A DNA stretch of 64,000 nt, taken from positions 10,741 through 74,740 of the forward strand of contig JAPYUH010000001.1 in NCBI GenBank assembly GCA_029936195.1. The letters are read 5' to 3'. A program made the translations under genes and the position numbers. Position 1 is the stretch's first letter; each line of letters starts with the position of its first letter. This stretch comes from Alphaproteobacteria bacterium. GTDB lineage: Bacteria > Pseudomonadota > Alphaproteobacteria > GCA-2731375. The notes under the pieces were generated by a model, which was given only the letters and a program-made list of their open reading frames with translations, searched no databases and was not told where the DNA came from. This document shows positions 9,956 to 20,527 of this stretch, piece by piece.

Positions 9956-10324
9956 CTACTCGTCCCATTTTTCCAGGGGAAATGACGGCTCTTCGAAATT
10001 CGTCGGTTTGATGTAGATATCTTTCACGTGTTGAAAATCATAGGCGTGGCGACGGATTTTGTCGGCCCGGTCGTCGGCCCAGTCGTCATTGGCGGTCAGG
10101 CTGCGGACCAGGAGGAAATGCAGCGAAAAGACGATGTACCAAATCAGCAGCGGCCAAAACAGCGGCATCCAGTCCGCGAAGGTCGCCCGCGCCGTCACCA
10201 ACAGCGCCGCCACGCCGAAGAACAAAAGACCATGATGCCACACCGCCGTTACTGGTGGTTTGCGCCGGTAATAGGCAATGATGCGCCTGATGCGGTTCAT
10301 TTCGAGATCCTTAAAAATTCTCAA
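9956..10324 (-). CDS. Small two-TM membrane protein (2TM-domain-like)
   Basis: Two hydrophobic helices flanked by charged segments. No catalytic motif. Confidence 0.5.
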   Translation of the reverse strand: MRIFKDLEMNRIRRIIAYYRRKPPVTAVWHHGLLFFGVAALLVTARATFADWMPLFWPLLIWYIVFSLHFLLVRSLTANDDWADDRADKIRRHAYDFQHVKDIYIKPTNFEEPSFPLEKWDE

Positions 10325-11023
10325 TTAGAATTTCTCAACCCAGGGCCGTACTTCGATGGAATGGGACCAGGCGCTGGGGTGCTGCAGATGGGTTTGGAAG
10401 TAGGTTTCGGCAATGGCATCGGGACGCAGGCGTGACTCGCCCTCTCCGTCAACGCCGATGCCGCCATCAATATTGAAGTGGGCCACGTGCACGCCCTTGG
10501 GATGCATCTCCCGCGCCATGGATTCAGCCAACCCCCGCAAGGCGAATTTTCCCGCCGCGAAGGTCGATGAATGAGGGAACCCTTTCATGGAGGCGGTGGC
10601 GCCGGTAAATAGGATCGAGCCCGCACCTTTCGGCCCCAACCGCCGGGCTGCTTCCCGGCCCACCAAAAACCCGCCAAGGCAACACCGCTCCCACGCATCG
10701 GTGAATTCCGACACCGTTGTGTCCGCGATCGGTCCCCGGGCCCGGCCGGAAGCATTGTAGATGCCCACGTCCATGGCGCCGAGATCCCCCTCTGCCGCCG
10801 CGAACAGCGCCGCGACGTCTGTTTCCGATGTGCTGTCGCAGGCATAGGCCTTCGCCGTCCCGCCGCCGCCGGTAATCTGGTCCACAATATCGGCCAGCTT
10901 ATCCACGTTCCGCGCCGCCACCGCGACCGCATGGCCACCAGCGGCAAACCGCCGCGCCAACGACGCACCCAAACCGGGGCCGACGCCGACGATGATGCAA
11001 GTGCCTGGATTTTCGGTGCTCAT
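10325..11023 (-). CDS. SDR-family NAD(P)-dependent oxidoreductase
   Basis: N-terminal Rossmann motif (IIVGVGPGLGASLARRFA). Confidence 0.8.
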   Translation of the reverse strand: MSTENPGTCIIVGVGPGLGASLARRFAAGGHAVAVAARNVDKLADIVDQITGGGGTAKAYACDSTSETDVAALFAAAEGDLGAMDVGIYNASGRARGPIADTTVSEFTDAWERCCLGGFLVGREAARRLGPKGAGSILFTGATASMKGFPHSSTFAAGKFALRGLAESMAREMHPKGVHVAHFNIDGGIGVDGEGESRLRPDAIAETYFQTHLQHPSAWSHSIEVRPWVEKF

Positions 11024-11026
11024 GAT

Positions 11027-14000
11027 TTATTCCGCTGCTGTTGATCGGGTTTCGGGGTTGCGCCAGGTTGCCAGCAGGTGTGCCTGTTCCGCCGCCGCCG
11101 CTTTCTGGCTGCGTTCCTTGATGTGGCCGTAGCCGCGAATCTTGGCCGGCAGGGTGGCGATTTCCACCGCCAGGGCGTGGTTGTCGGGGTTCAGTCCGGC
11201 GAGGAGTTCCTCCACCACCGCGCGATAGCTGGGAATGGCGGCGCGTTCGGCGCGGCGTTCTTCCGTGCGGCCGAAGGGGTCCCAGCGGGTCCCGCGCAGG
11301 CCCTTGAATTTGGCCAGCAGCTTGAACGCCGGCATCATCCAGGGGCCGAATTCCCGTTTGATCAACTGGCCGGTTTCGGGGTCCTTGGCGGCGATCAGGG
11401 GCGGGGCCAGGTGGAAGGTCAGTTTCAAGTCGCCCTCGAACTGTTTCGCCAGATTGGCCTGAAAGCTGCCGTCGCTGTACAACCGCGCCACTTCGTACTC
11501 ATCCTTGTAAGCCATCAGCTTGAACAGGTTTCGCGCCACGGCCTCTCCCAAGCCGGTCAGGCCCTTGCCCCTATTCGTTTCGGTGTTTTCCACCTGGCGC
11601 ACGAAGGCTTGATATTGCCCGGCGTAATCGGCGTTCTGGTAGTCGGTCAGAATGCCGACACGGCGGGCGATAACCTCGTCCATTGTTTCTTCGCTGGCCG
11701 CGTCAAGGACTTGCGGCGGCGCCGCCGCCCGGGCGACCATGTCCAGGTCTTCCGCCGCCAAACGGCCCATGGCGAAGGCCTTGCGGTTCATGGCCACGGC
11801 GACGCCGTTCAATTCGATGGCCTTGTCGATGGCCTCGCCGCCGACCGGCAGGGCGCCGCGTTGATAGGCATGGCCCAGAAGGAACAGGTTGGCGGCGATG
11901 GCATCCCCCATCAGGGCCGTGGCCAGGCCCGTGGCGTCGATAAATTCGGTGCGGTTGTCGCCGGCGCCGTTCCGGATCAACTGGCGCAGTTCCTCGGCAT
12001 GAAAATCCGTGTCCGGGTTCAGGGTGAAATCCGCCGTGGGGGCGAGGTGGCTGTTGACAATGGCCTGGGTGCCGCCACGGGAAAATTTGCGCAGGGCATC
12101 GGGGGAGGCGGCCACCACCATGTCGGCGCCCAGCAGCAGGTCGGCGCCGCCGGCGGCGATGCGGACGGCGTGCAGATCCTCCGGCTTTGGCGCGATGCGG
12201 ATATGGCTCATCACGGCGCCGTTTTTCTGGGCGATGCCGGTGAAATCCAAGACCGTGACGCCCTTGCCCTCCATATGGGCGGCCATGCCCAACAGGGCGC
12301 CGACGGTAATCACGCCGGTGCCGCCGATGCCGGTGACCAGGATGTTGTAGCCGCCATCGGCGTCGGCTGTTTGGGGGCTGGGCAGGGCGGCGATGGCATC
12401 GTCCAGGCCTAGGGCGGCGGCGGCGGGCGCCCGACGCGGATTGGCGCCCGAGACGGTCACGAAACTGGGGCAGAAACCGTTGACGCAGGAGAAATCCTTG
12501 TTGCAGGCAGATTGATTGATCTTCCGCTTGCGCCCAAGGACCGTCTCCAACGGCTCTACGGAAACGCAGTTGGAGGCCACGGAGCAATCGCCGCAGCCCT
12601 CGCACACGGCCTCGTTGATGAAGGCCCGCTTGTCGGGGTCGGGATAAGTGCCGCGCTTTCGCCGGCGGCGTTTTTCGGCCGCGCAGGTCTGGTCATAGAT
12701 CAGAATCGATGTGCCCTTGGTCTCCCGCAATTCCTTTTGCACACGGTCCAGTTCGTCCCGGTGTCGGATGGTGACGCCCGGCGCCCAATCCGTTCCAACG
12801 GAATATTTGTCCGGCTCGTCACTGACCACGATAATCTTGGAGACGCCCTCGTGATGCACCTGCTGGCTGATTTGCCACGGCGAGAGCGGCCCGTCGTGGG
12901 GCTGGCCGCCGGTCATGGCGACGGCGTCGTTGAACAGGATCTTGTAGGTAATGTTGACGCCCGAGGCGACGGCCGCGCGGATGCCGGTGATGCCGGAATG
13001 ATAATATGTGCCGTCACCCAGGTTGGCGAAGATATGCTCTTCGCCCGTGAATGCCGCCTGTCCCAGCCATGGCACCCCTTCGCCGCCCATCTGGGTGAAA
13101 GTCTCGGTGGAGCGGTCCATGAACAGGGCCATGAAATGACAGCCGATGCCGCCCATGGCGCGGCTGCCCTCCGGCACCTTGGTGGATGTGTTGTGGGGGC
13201 AGCCGGAACAGAAATAGGCGGTCCGCTCAATCGGCGCCGAGGCTGCCTTGGCGGCCGCTTCCTTGCGGTCCAGCTGCGCCATGCGCTCCTCGATGGTGGG
13301 CGAGGTGACGTAGGAGCCGATGCGCGAGACGATGATGCGGGCAATTTGCCCCGGCGACAATTCGCCGTCGGAAGGACACAACAATTGTCCCGCCTCGTCG
13401 AATTTGCCCACGACCCGGGGGCGCACGTCGGCGCGCCAGTTGTAAAGCTGTTCCTTGAGCTGGTTTTCGATAACGGCGCGCTTTTCCTCGATCACCAAAA
13501 CTTCGTCCAAACCCTCGGCGAAGGCGCGGATGCCCTCCCGCTCAAGGGGCCAGGGCATGCCGACCTTGTACAAACGCAAGCCGATGTCGGCGGCCATTTT
13601 TTCGTCGATGCCCAGATCTTCCAGGGCCTGGCGGGTATCGAGGTAGGACTTGCCGGCGGCGACAATGCCGATGCGCGGTTGCGGGGCATCCCAGACCAGC
13701 CGGTCGATGCCGTTGGCCCGGGCGAAATCCAGGGCGGCATAGACTTTGTGGCGTTGCAGGCGTTCTTCCTGGCTCCACCGGTCATCGGGCCAGCGAATGT
13801 TCAGGCCGCCGGCGGGCATCTCGAAATCCGGATATTTGATTTCCAGGCGATGGGCATCCACATGAACCGAGGCGGAACTTTCCACCACCTCGGAGACGCA
13901 TTTAAAGCCAACCCAGACACCGGCAAAGCGCGACATGGCCCAGCCCAGCAAGCCGTAATCGAGATATTCCTGCACGCCGGCGGGATACAGCATGGGCACC

Positions 14001-14515
14001 ATCCAGGAGGCTAGGTTATGTTCGCTCTGTCCCGGCACGGTGGAGGAGACGGCGGCGTGATCGTCGCCGCACATCATCAGAACGCCGCCATTGGGGTCGG
14101 TGCCGGCGCTGTTGGCATGGCGGACCACATCGCCGCAACGGTCCACGCCCGGCGCCTTGCCGTACCAGATGCCGTAGACGCCGTCGTAGTTGGATTTCGG
14201 ACCCAGATTCAGTTGCTGGCTGCCCCACAGGGCGGTGGCGGCCATGTCCTCGTTGACGCCGGGCTGAAAGACAATGTGGTTTTTTTCCAGGAAGCGCTGG
14301 GCCTGCCACAGCTGTTGATCAAAACCGCCCAAGGGACTGCCGCGATAACCCGAGATATAACAACCCGTGTTCAGGCCCGCGGCCTGATCCCGCTGGCGCT
14401 GCAGCATGGGCAGGCGCACCAATGCCTGGGTGCCCGTGAGGAAGACCCGGCCCTGTTCCAAGGCATATTTATCGTCAAGAGACACATTAGCGAGCAGCGT
14501 CGTGGCAGTTGTCAT
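11027..14515 (-). CDS. Indolepyruvate:ferredoxin oxidoreductase family protein (fused IorA-IorB type)
   Basis: About 1160 aa. The N-terminal TPP/PFOR-like region (YISGYRGSPLGG) and the [4Fe-4S] Cys clusters (CSGCPHN, CEGCGDC) are characteristic. ATG at 14515 is preferred over the upstream TTG. Confidence 0.85.
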   Translation of the reverse strand: MTTATTLLANVSLDDKYALEQGRVFLTGTQALVRLPMLQRQRDQAAGLNTGCYISGYRGSPLGGFDQQLWQAQRFLEKNHIVFQPGVNEDMAATALWGSQQLNLGPKSNYDGVYGIWYGKAPGVDRCGDVVRHANSAGTDPNGGVLMMCGDDHAAVSSTVPGQSEHNLASWMVPMLYPAGVQEYLDYGLLGWAMSRFAGVWVGFKCVSEVVESSASVHVDAHRLEIKYPDFEMPAGGLNIRWPDDRWSQEERLQRHKVYAALDFARANGIDRLVWDAPQPRIGIVAAGKSYLDTRQALEDLGIDEKMAADIGLRLYKVGMPWPLEREGIRAFAEGLDEVLVIEEKRAVIENQLKEQLYNWRADVRPRVVGKFDEAGQLLCPSDGELSPGQIARIIVSRIGSYVTSPTIEERMAQLDRKEAAAKAASAPIERTAYFCSGCPHNTSTKVPEGSRAMGGIGCHFMALFMDRSTETFTQMGGEGVPWLGQAAFTGEEHIFANLGDGTYYHSGITGIRAAVASGVNITYKILFNDAVAMTGGQPHDGPLSPWQISQQVHHEGVSKIIVVSDEPDKYSVGTDWAPGVTIRHRDELDRVQKELRETKGTSILIYDQTCAAEKRRRRKRGTYPDPDKRAFINEAVCEGCGDCSVASNCVSVEPLETVLGRKRKINQSACNKDFSCVNGFCPSFVTVSGANPRRAPAAAALGLDDAIAALPSPQTADADGGYNILVTGIGGTGVITVGALLGMAAHMEGKGVTVLDFTGIAQKNGAVMSHIRIAPKPEDLHAVRIAAGGADLLLGADMVVAASPDALRKFSRGGTQAIVNSHLAPTADFTLNPDTDFHAEELRQLIRNGAGDNRTEFIDATGLATALMGDAIAANLFLLGHAYQRGALPVGGEAIDKAIELNGVAVAMNRKAFAMGRLAAEDLDMVARAAAPPQVLDAASEETMDEVIARRVGILTDYQNADYAGQYQAFVRQVENTETNRGKGLTGLGEAVARNLFKLMAYKDEYEVARLYSDGSFQANLAKQFEGDLKLTFHLAPPLIAAKDPETGQLIKREFGPWMMPAFKLLAKFKGLRGTRWDPFGRTEERRAERAAIPSYRAVVEELLAGLNPDNHALAVEIATLPAKIRGYGHIKERSQKAAAAEQAHLLATWRNPETRSTAAE

Positions 14516-14620
14516 GCCCAATCCTCAAAATTTAGATGGCCCCGATCTTTCGGCACCATATAGGTAAGTATGAATGACCTAATTTGCAACATTCTTACCG
14601 CCCCGCCTCACCAATTAGCC

Positions 14621-16027
14621 TCATCGGCCCGCATCAATGCCAAATTCGCTGACCTTGCGGTACAGGGTCGAGCGGCCAATGCCAAGACGGCGGGCAACTT
14701 CGGTCATTTGCCCTTCATACTTGTCGATGGCCAGTCTGATCATGTCCGCTTCCATGGCGTCGAGGGTGCGGATATCCCCCGCCGCGTTCAGCACCGGCAG
14801 GCCCCCGTTGGCCCCGCCGTTATGGGCCATGGGCGAAGCCATGCCCATGCTTTGGGCGATTTGAGGAAAATCCTCCAAGGTCAGTTCATCGCCGTCGCAC
14901 AATACCACGGCGCGGAAAATGGCATTCTCCAACTGGCGCACATTGCCGGGCCAATCGAAACCCATGAGCAGTTCCAGGGCGTCGCCCGACAGGCCGCGCA
15001 CCGCCTTGCCCTCGGTCGCCGCCAGTTTGGCGACGAAATGTGCCGACAGGGGCGGGATATCTTCCAGGCGGTCCCGCAAGGGCGGGATCTGAATGGGAAA
15101 AACGTTCAGGCGATAAAATAGATCCTCGCGAAATTTCCCTTCGCTGACCTGTTGCTGCAGTTCGCGGTTGGTGGCGGAGATCAGGCGGATGTCCACGTTC
15201 ACCGGCTTGGAAGAGCCGACCGGGTCAACCTCGCCTTCCTGCAGGGCGCGCAAGAGTTTGACCTGCATGTCCTGGCGCAGCTCGCCAATCTCGTCGAGGA
15301 AAAGCGTGCCGCCGTCGGCTTCCTGAAATTTGCCGGCATGGCGCTCGGTGGCACCGGTGAAGGCACCTTTTTCGTGGCCGAACAACATGCTTTCGACCAG
15401 ATTTTCCGGAATGGCGCCGCAGTTGACGGCGACAAAGGGTCTGCCGGCCCGCTCGGACGAGCCCTGTACCGCGCGCGCGACCATCTCCTTGCCGACGCCG
15501 CTTTCACCCTCGATCAAAATGGGGATGTTGGAGGATGCCGCCCGCCGCGCCAGATCCAGGGCCATGGTCATGGCGCCGCCGCCGGTGATCAGGTCGTCGA
15601 ACCGCATGCGCCCCTCGACCTGGCGGCTCAAGCGCGAGACCTGGCCGGTCAAGGCGTTCATCTTCAGGGCGTTTTCCATGGAGACCAACAGCCGTTCCGG
15701 GCTGGCCGGTTTGGGAATAAAATCGGCGGCGCCCGCCTGCATCACCTTGACGATGATCTCAATACCGCTTTGCGCCGTCAGTACGATGGCGGGCAGGTCC
15801 GGGCGCCGGGATTTGACTTGCTGGAGTACTTCGAACCCGTCCAGATCCGGCATCACCAGATCCAGCAGTATCAGGTCCACGGCGGCCGCCCTGTCCGACT
15901 GCATGAAGACTATCGCGTCCTCGCCGCCCTTGGCAATTTCCACATTATAACCGTGCCGGCTGACCACCGCTTCCAAAAGGCGTCGCTGGGTGGGATCATC
16001 ATCAACCACCAAGACGGTTTGCGCCAT
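14621..16027 (-). CDS. Sigma-54-dependent response regulator (NtrC family)
   Basis: REC domain (VLVVDDD), AAA+ sigma-54 activator motifs (GESGVGKE, GAFTGA) and a C-terminal Fis-type HTH. Confidence 0.9.
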   Translation of the reverse strand: MAQTVLVVDDDPTQRRLLEAVVSRHGYNVEIAKGGEDAIVFMQSDRAAAVDLILLDLVMPDLDGFEVLQQVKSRRPDLPAIVLTAQSGIEIIVKVMQAGAADFIPKPASPERLLVSMENALKMNALTGQVSRLSRQVEGRMRFDDLITGGGAMTMALDLARRAASSNIPILIEGESGVGKEMVARAVQGSSERAGRPFVAVNCGAIPENLVESMLFGHEKGAFTGATERHAGKFQEADGGTLFLDEIGELRQDMQVKLLRALQEGEVDPVGSSKPVNVDIRLISATNRELQQQVSEGKFREDLFYRLNVFPIQIPPLRDRLEDIPPLSAHFVAKLAATEGKAVRGLSGDALELLMGFDWPGNVRQLENAIFRAVVLCDGDELTLEDFPQIAQSMGMASPMAHNGGANGGLPVLNAAGDIRTLDAMEADMIRLAIDKYEGQMTEVARRLGIGRSTLYRKVSEFGIDAGR

Positions 16028-16118
16028 TGCTCTTGACCTAGTCCCTCATTATTTATCACCTGGATACTCTACAGCCTGTGCCATTTCGGGACAAGCGGTG
16101 TTTGAGGGAAAATATCAG

Positions 16119-17888
16119 ATGAATCTTGGAATCTTGCCGCAATGGGACTTGAGCGATTTCTATAGCGGTCCGGAGGCGCCCGAACTGGCCGCCGATCTGG
16201 ACCGGGCCGAGACGGCGGCGGATCGTTTCAACGGTGACTACGGCGGCAAGGTCGCGGGTCTGTCCGCCGCTGATCTGGCAGCCGCCATTCGCCGCTATGA
16301 GGCGGACGAGGATCTGTTGGGCCGCATCGCCAGCTATGCCCAACTTTACCATGCCGCGAAGGTGTCCGACCGGGACGTGGGCCGCTTCTATCAAACCACC
16401 GTGGAGCGGTTAAGCGCCATTACCACCAAGTTGATTTTTTTCACCTTGGAGCTGAACCGCATCGAAGACGCGGCGTTGGATGCGTTGTTGGCGGCGGACG
16501 ATGGCCTGGCCCATTATGCGCCCTGGCTACGCGATGTGCGCGCCAGCCGTCCGCACCAGTTGTCGGACGAGCAGGAGCAGTTGCTGCATGAAAAACAGGT
16601 GACGGGGCGGTCATCCTGGGTACGGTTGTTCGACGAAACCATGGCCGACATGCGGTTCTCGCTGGAAGGGAAGGAGCTATCCCTGGAGCAGACTTTGCAT
16701 CTGTTGTCCGAGCCAGACGGCGCCAAGCGCAAGGCGGCGGCAAAATCACTCGGCGCCGGGTTCGAAGAACAGAAGAGCCTGTTTGCCCTGATCACCAATA
16801 CCCTGGCCAAGGACAAGGAGATTGAGGACAAATGGCGCCGATTTGCCCGGCCCGACAGCGCCCGGCACCTCTCCAACCTGGTGGAGGACGAGGTGGTCGA
16901 TGCCCTGGCCGATGCGGTGAGGGGCGCCTATCCACGCCTCTCGCACCGCTATTATGCCCTGAAGGCGAAATGGTTCGGAACGGACATCCTGGATTATTGG
17001 GACCGCAACGCGCCCTTGCCCGATGACGACCAGCAGGGATTTACCTTTCAGGCGGCCCAGGCCCAGGTGCTGGATGCCTACCGCCGCTTCTCGCCGGCCA
17101 TGGCGGATGTGGGGCAGCGGTTTTTTGACAATGCCTGGATCGACGCGCCCGCCGCGCCCGGCAAGTCGTCCGGCGCTTTTTCCCACCCCACCGTACCCTC
17201 GGCCCATCCCTATTTGCTGTTGAACTATCAGGGCCGGACACGGGATGTGATGACCCTGGCTCACGAACTGGGCCATGGGGTGCATCAGGTCCTGGCCGCC
17301 GGTCAGGGCGCCTTGATGGCGGATACGCCGCTCACCTTGGCGGAAACCGCCAGCGTCTTTGGTGAACAATTGACCTTTCGGTCGCTGTTGGATCAGGAAA
17401 CCACGCCCAGCCGGCGCAAGGCCATGCTGGTGGGCAAGACCGAGGACATGCTGAACACCGTGGTGCGTCAGATCGCCTTCTATGAGTTCGAAAAGCGCCT
17501 GCATGACGAGCGGCGCCTTGGCGAGCTGTCGGTGGAGCGGATCGGCGAGATCTGGATGGCGGTGCAGGGGGAAAGCCTGGGCCCGGCCATTCGCCTGCAC
17601 GATGAATACGCCAATTTCTGGTGCTATATTCCCCACTTCATCCATTCGCCCTTCTATGTCTATGCCTACGCCTTCGGCGATTGCCTGGTGAACTCTCTCT
17701 ATGCGGTCTACCAGAACGCCAGGGAAGGCTTTGCCAAAAAGTATCTGGACATGCTGCGGGCGGGCGGTACCTTGCGTCACAAGGAATTGCTGGCGCCCTT
17801 CGGGCTGGATGCGACGGACCTGCGGTTCTGGCAACAGGGCCTGGGCGTGATCGAGGGTTTCGTGGACGAGTTGGAAGATCTCTCTTAA
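16119..17888 (+). CDS. pepF: Oligoendopeptidase F (M3B family)
   Basis: HELGHGVH zinc motif and M3B-family length and layout. ATG at 16119 with a GAGGGAA SD. Confidence 0.85.
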   Translation: MNLGILPQWDLSDFYSGPEAPELAADLDRAETAADRFNGDYGGKVAGLSAADLAAAIRRYEADEDLLGRIASYAQLYHAAKVSDRDVGRFYQTTVERLSAITTKLIFFTLELNRIEDAALDALLAADDGLAHYAPWLRDVRASRPHQLSDEQEQLLHEKQVTGRSSWVRLFDETMADMRFSLEGKELSLEQTLHLLSEPDGAKRKAAAKSLGAGFEEQKSLFALITNTLAKDKEIEDKWRRFARPDSARHLSNLVEDEVVDALADAVRGAYPRLSHRYYALKAKWFGTDILDYWDRNAPLPDDDQQGFTFQAAQAQVLDAYRRFSPAMADVGQRFFDNAWIDAPAAPGKSSGAFSHPTVPSAHPYLLLNYQGRTRDVMTLAHELGHGVHQVLAAGQGALMADTPLTLAETASVFGEQLTFRSLLDQETTPSRRKAMLVGKTEDMLNTVVRQIAFYEFEKRLHDERRLGELSVERIGEIWMAVQGESLGPAIRLHDEYANFWCYIPHFIHSPFYVYAYAFGDCLVNSLYAVYQNAREGFAKKYLDMLRAGGTLRHKELLAPFGLDATDLRFWQQGLGVIEGFVDELEDLS

Positions 17889-19240
17889 TGGCGGATGACA
17901 GCGAAGGCGACAGCCTCACCGGCCGGGTGAAGCGCTATGCCAAGGTGGGCACAGCAGTCGGCGGCCTGGCGGCCCGTCTGGCTGGCGACAAGGTTTTTGG
18001 CCTGAGCCTGGACAAGCCAGCCCATGCCAAGGATCTGAAGAATGCCCTGGGCGGTCTGAAGGGCCCATTGATGAAAGTGGCGCAGATCCTGGCCACCATC
18101 CCCGAGGCGCTGCCCCAGGAATATGTTCAGGAGTTGATCCAGCTGCAGGCCAACGCGCCGGCCATGGGCTGGCTATTCGTCAAGCGGCGCATGGCGGCGG
18201 AATTGGGCCCCGACTGGCAGGACCACTTTGATCAGTTCGAACACCGGGCCGCCGCGGCCGCCTCGTTGGGACAGGTGCACCGCGCCGAACTGGACGGCCG
18301 GGCACTGGCCTGCAAACTGCAATACCCCGACATGAACTCGGCCGTGGAAGCGGATCTGGCGCAACTGAAAATGATATTTTCCATTTACGGCCGCTATGAC
18401 CGCACCATCGACACCTCCAATGTCCATAAGGAGATCGGTGATCGCCTGCGCGAGGAACTGGACTATGACCGGGAAGCCCGGCACATGGCCCTGTTCGCCG
18501 AGGTCCACAAGGGCGAGAAGAATATCCACATTCCCGGCGTGCTGCCGGAATTGTCGACCCGCCGCCTGTTGACCATGAACTGGCTGGACGGCAGGCCCCT
18601 GCTGGATTTCCGCGACGCGGATCTGGAAACCCGCAACACCATCGCCTTGAATATGTTCCGCACCTGGTACGTGCCGTTTTATAATGCCGGGGTCATCCAC
18701 GGCGATCCGCACCTGGGCAATTATACCGTGCGGGACAATCTTGACATCAACCTGCTGGATTTCGGTTGTGTCCGGGTGTTCGACGCGAAATTCGTGCAAG
18801 GGGTGATCGATCTTTATTGCGCTATCCGTGATGACGACCAGGCCCTGGCGGTGCATGCCTACGAGACCTGGGGCTTCACGGAGCTGACGAAGGAAATGAT
18901 CGAAACCTTGAACTTGTGGGCTAATTTCGTTTACGGCCCGTTGCTGGAAGACCGCAGCCGGCGGATCAGGGAAGACAGCGAATCGGGTGTTTACGGCCGT
19001 GACGTGGCCGAAAAAGTGCACCGCGGCCTTCGCGAATTGGGCGGCGTGCGCCCGCCCCAGGAATTTGTCTTCATGGACCGTGCCGCCATCGGCCTTGGCG
19101 GCGTCTTCATGCACCTGAACGCGGAAGTGAATTGGTACCGCCATTTCCATGACCTAATTGATGGATTCGATGCCGCCAAGATGCGGGCCAAGCAAAAACG
19201 CTTGCTCAAAAAATTCGACCTGGACGTGCCCGCGCATTAG
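17888..19240 (+). CDS. ABC1/UbiB-family atypical protein kinase
   Basis: ABC1 kinase motifs (GPLMKVAQILAT, AAASLGQVH, HGDPHLGN). Its ATG overlaps the pepF stop (TAATG). Confidence 0.8.
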   Translation: MADDSEGDSLTGRVKRYAKVGTAVGGLAARLAGDKVFGLSLDKPAHAKDLKNALGGLKGPLMKVAQILATIPEALPQEYVQELIQLQANAPAMGWLFVKRRMAAELGPDWQDHFDQFEHRAAAAASLGQVHRAELDGRALACKLQYPDMNSAVEADLAQLKMIFSIYGRYDRTIDTSNVHKEIGDRLREELDYDREARHMALFAEVHKGEKNIHIPGVLPELSTRRLLTMNWLDGRPLLDFRDADLETRNTIALNMFRTWYVPFYNAGVIHGDPHLGNYTVRDNLDINLLDFGCVRVFDAKFVQGVIDLYCAIRDDDQALAVHAYETWGFTELTKEMIETLNLWANFVYGPLLEDRSRRIREDSESGVYGRDVAEKVHRGLRELGGVRPPQEFVFMDRAAIGLGGVFMHLNAEVNWYRHFHDLIDGFDAAKMRAKQKRLLKKFDLDVPAH

Positions 19241-19366
19241 CGCCCGCACAATTATTCGTCAGGTGAAAACGATGCGTTGATTGCCGTGGCGGAATGGTTA
19301 TATTCCGCCCATTCTCCCATGCGCGATAGCAGTTGACGATACCTATTCCCTATCAGGATTTCATTG

Positions 19367-20521
19367 ATGAAGATTGCCGTATTGAAAGAGCGGCGGGCCG
19401 ACGAACGGCGGGTCGCGGCAACGCCGGAGACCGTGAAGAAATTTGTCGGACTTGGCGTCGAGATCATGGTCGAGGCCGGGGCCGGCGCCGCCGTTCATTT
19501 TCCCGACGATGATTTTCAAGCCGCCGGTGCCGTCATCGCCGCCGATCCCGCCGCCGCCCTGTCGGGGGCCGGTGTTGTTCTCAAAGTCCGCCGGCCCATC
19601 ATGGATGACGAGGACGGCGAGAACGAGCTGGCCGCCATGTCCAAGGGGCAGGCCTTGATCGCCATGTTGAACCCGCTTATCCGCCGCGCCGACTGTGAGG
19701 CTTATGCCCAGGCCGGCGTCAATGCCTATGCCATGGAACTGATGCCGCGCATCACCCGGGCGCAAGGCATGGATGTGCTATCCAGCCAGGCCAATCTGGC
19801 GGGCTATAAATCGGTGCTTGATGCGACGGAGGAATACGGCCGGGCCATGCCCATGATGATGACCGCCGCCGGCACCATCGCGCCCGCCAAGGTATTTGTC
19901 ATGGGGGCCGGTGTCGCGGGTCTGCAGGCTATCGCCACGGCCCGGCGGCTGGGCGCCGTGGTCTCCGCCACCGATGTGCGCCCAGTGGCGAAGGAACAGG
20001 TGGAAAGCCTCGGCGCGAATTTCGTCATGGTGGAGGACGCCGAAAGCGCCCAGGCCGAAACCGAAGCCGGCTACGCCAAGGAAATGAGTGACGAATATAA
20101 AAAGAAGCAGGCCGCCTTGATCGCCGAAACCATTGCCAAACAGGACATTGTCATTTGCACCGCGCTTATCCCCGGACGCGCCGCGCCGATCCTGGTGGAC
20201 GAAGACATGGTCGCCTCCATGAAACCGGGTTCGGTCATTGTTGACCTGGCGGTGGAGAATGGCGGCAATTGCGCCCTATCGGAAATGGGTGCGGTCAGGG
20301 ACGTCAATGGCGTCAAGATCATCGGCCATTCCAATTTTCCGGCCCGACTGGCAGTGGACGCCTCCAATCTGTATGCGCGCAATCTGTTCAATTTTCTCTC
20401 ACCGCATATTGATGGCGAGAGCGGTAGTTTGTCTTTTGATATTGAGGACGAAACGGTTTCTGGTGTTTGCCTGACCAGGGACGGCGTCATCGTCCATCCC
20501 ATGCTGACCGTACAGGAGTGA
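19367..20521 (+). CDS. pntAA: NAD(P) transhydrogenase subunit alpha part 1
   Basis: AlaDh/PNT domain with an NAD-binding GxGxxG motif (VFVMGAGVAGLQA). Confidence 0.9.
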   Translation: MKIAVLKERRADERRVAATPETVKKFVGLGVEIMVEAGAGAAVHFPDDDFQAAGAVIAADPAAALSGAGVVLKVRRPIMDDEDGENELAAMSKGQALIAMLNPLIRRADCEAYAQAGVNAYAMELMPRITRAQGMDVLSSQANLAGYKSVLDATEEYGRAMPMMMTAAGTIAPAKVFVMGAGVAGLQAIATARRLGAVVSATDVRPVAKEQVESLGANFVMVEDAESAQAETEAGYAKEMSDEYKKKQAALIAETIAKQDIVICTALIPGRAAPILVDEDMVASMKPGSVIVDLAVENGGNCALSEMGAVRDVNGVKIIGHSNFPARLAVDASNLYARNLFNFLSPHIDGESGSLSFDIEDETVSGVCLTRDGVIVHPMLTVQE

Positions 20522-20527
20522 TCGCCA

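Noticed and set aside
12512-14014. 500-aa '+' ORF, plus 11078..12412 '+' and 11703..12605 '-', overlapping the indolepyruvate oxidoreductase gene
   Set aside because: These are antisense or shifted-frame ORFs inside a gene with clear family signatures. Their low-complexity G/A/R/P-rich translations are typical artefacts of high-GC DNA.
14522-14620. Possible sigma-54 (-24/-12) promoter for the ior gene next to the NtrC-like regulator
   Set aside because: Manual scanning of both strands found no GG-N10-GC element with TGGCAC/TTGCW context. No sigma-54 promoter is claimed.
19288-19309. 8-bp inverted repeat GGCGGAAT-N6-ATTCCGCC downstream of the ABC1 kinase gene and upstream of pntAA
   Set aside because: Short stem with no U tract. 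It could be coincidental. It is not reported as a feature.
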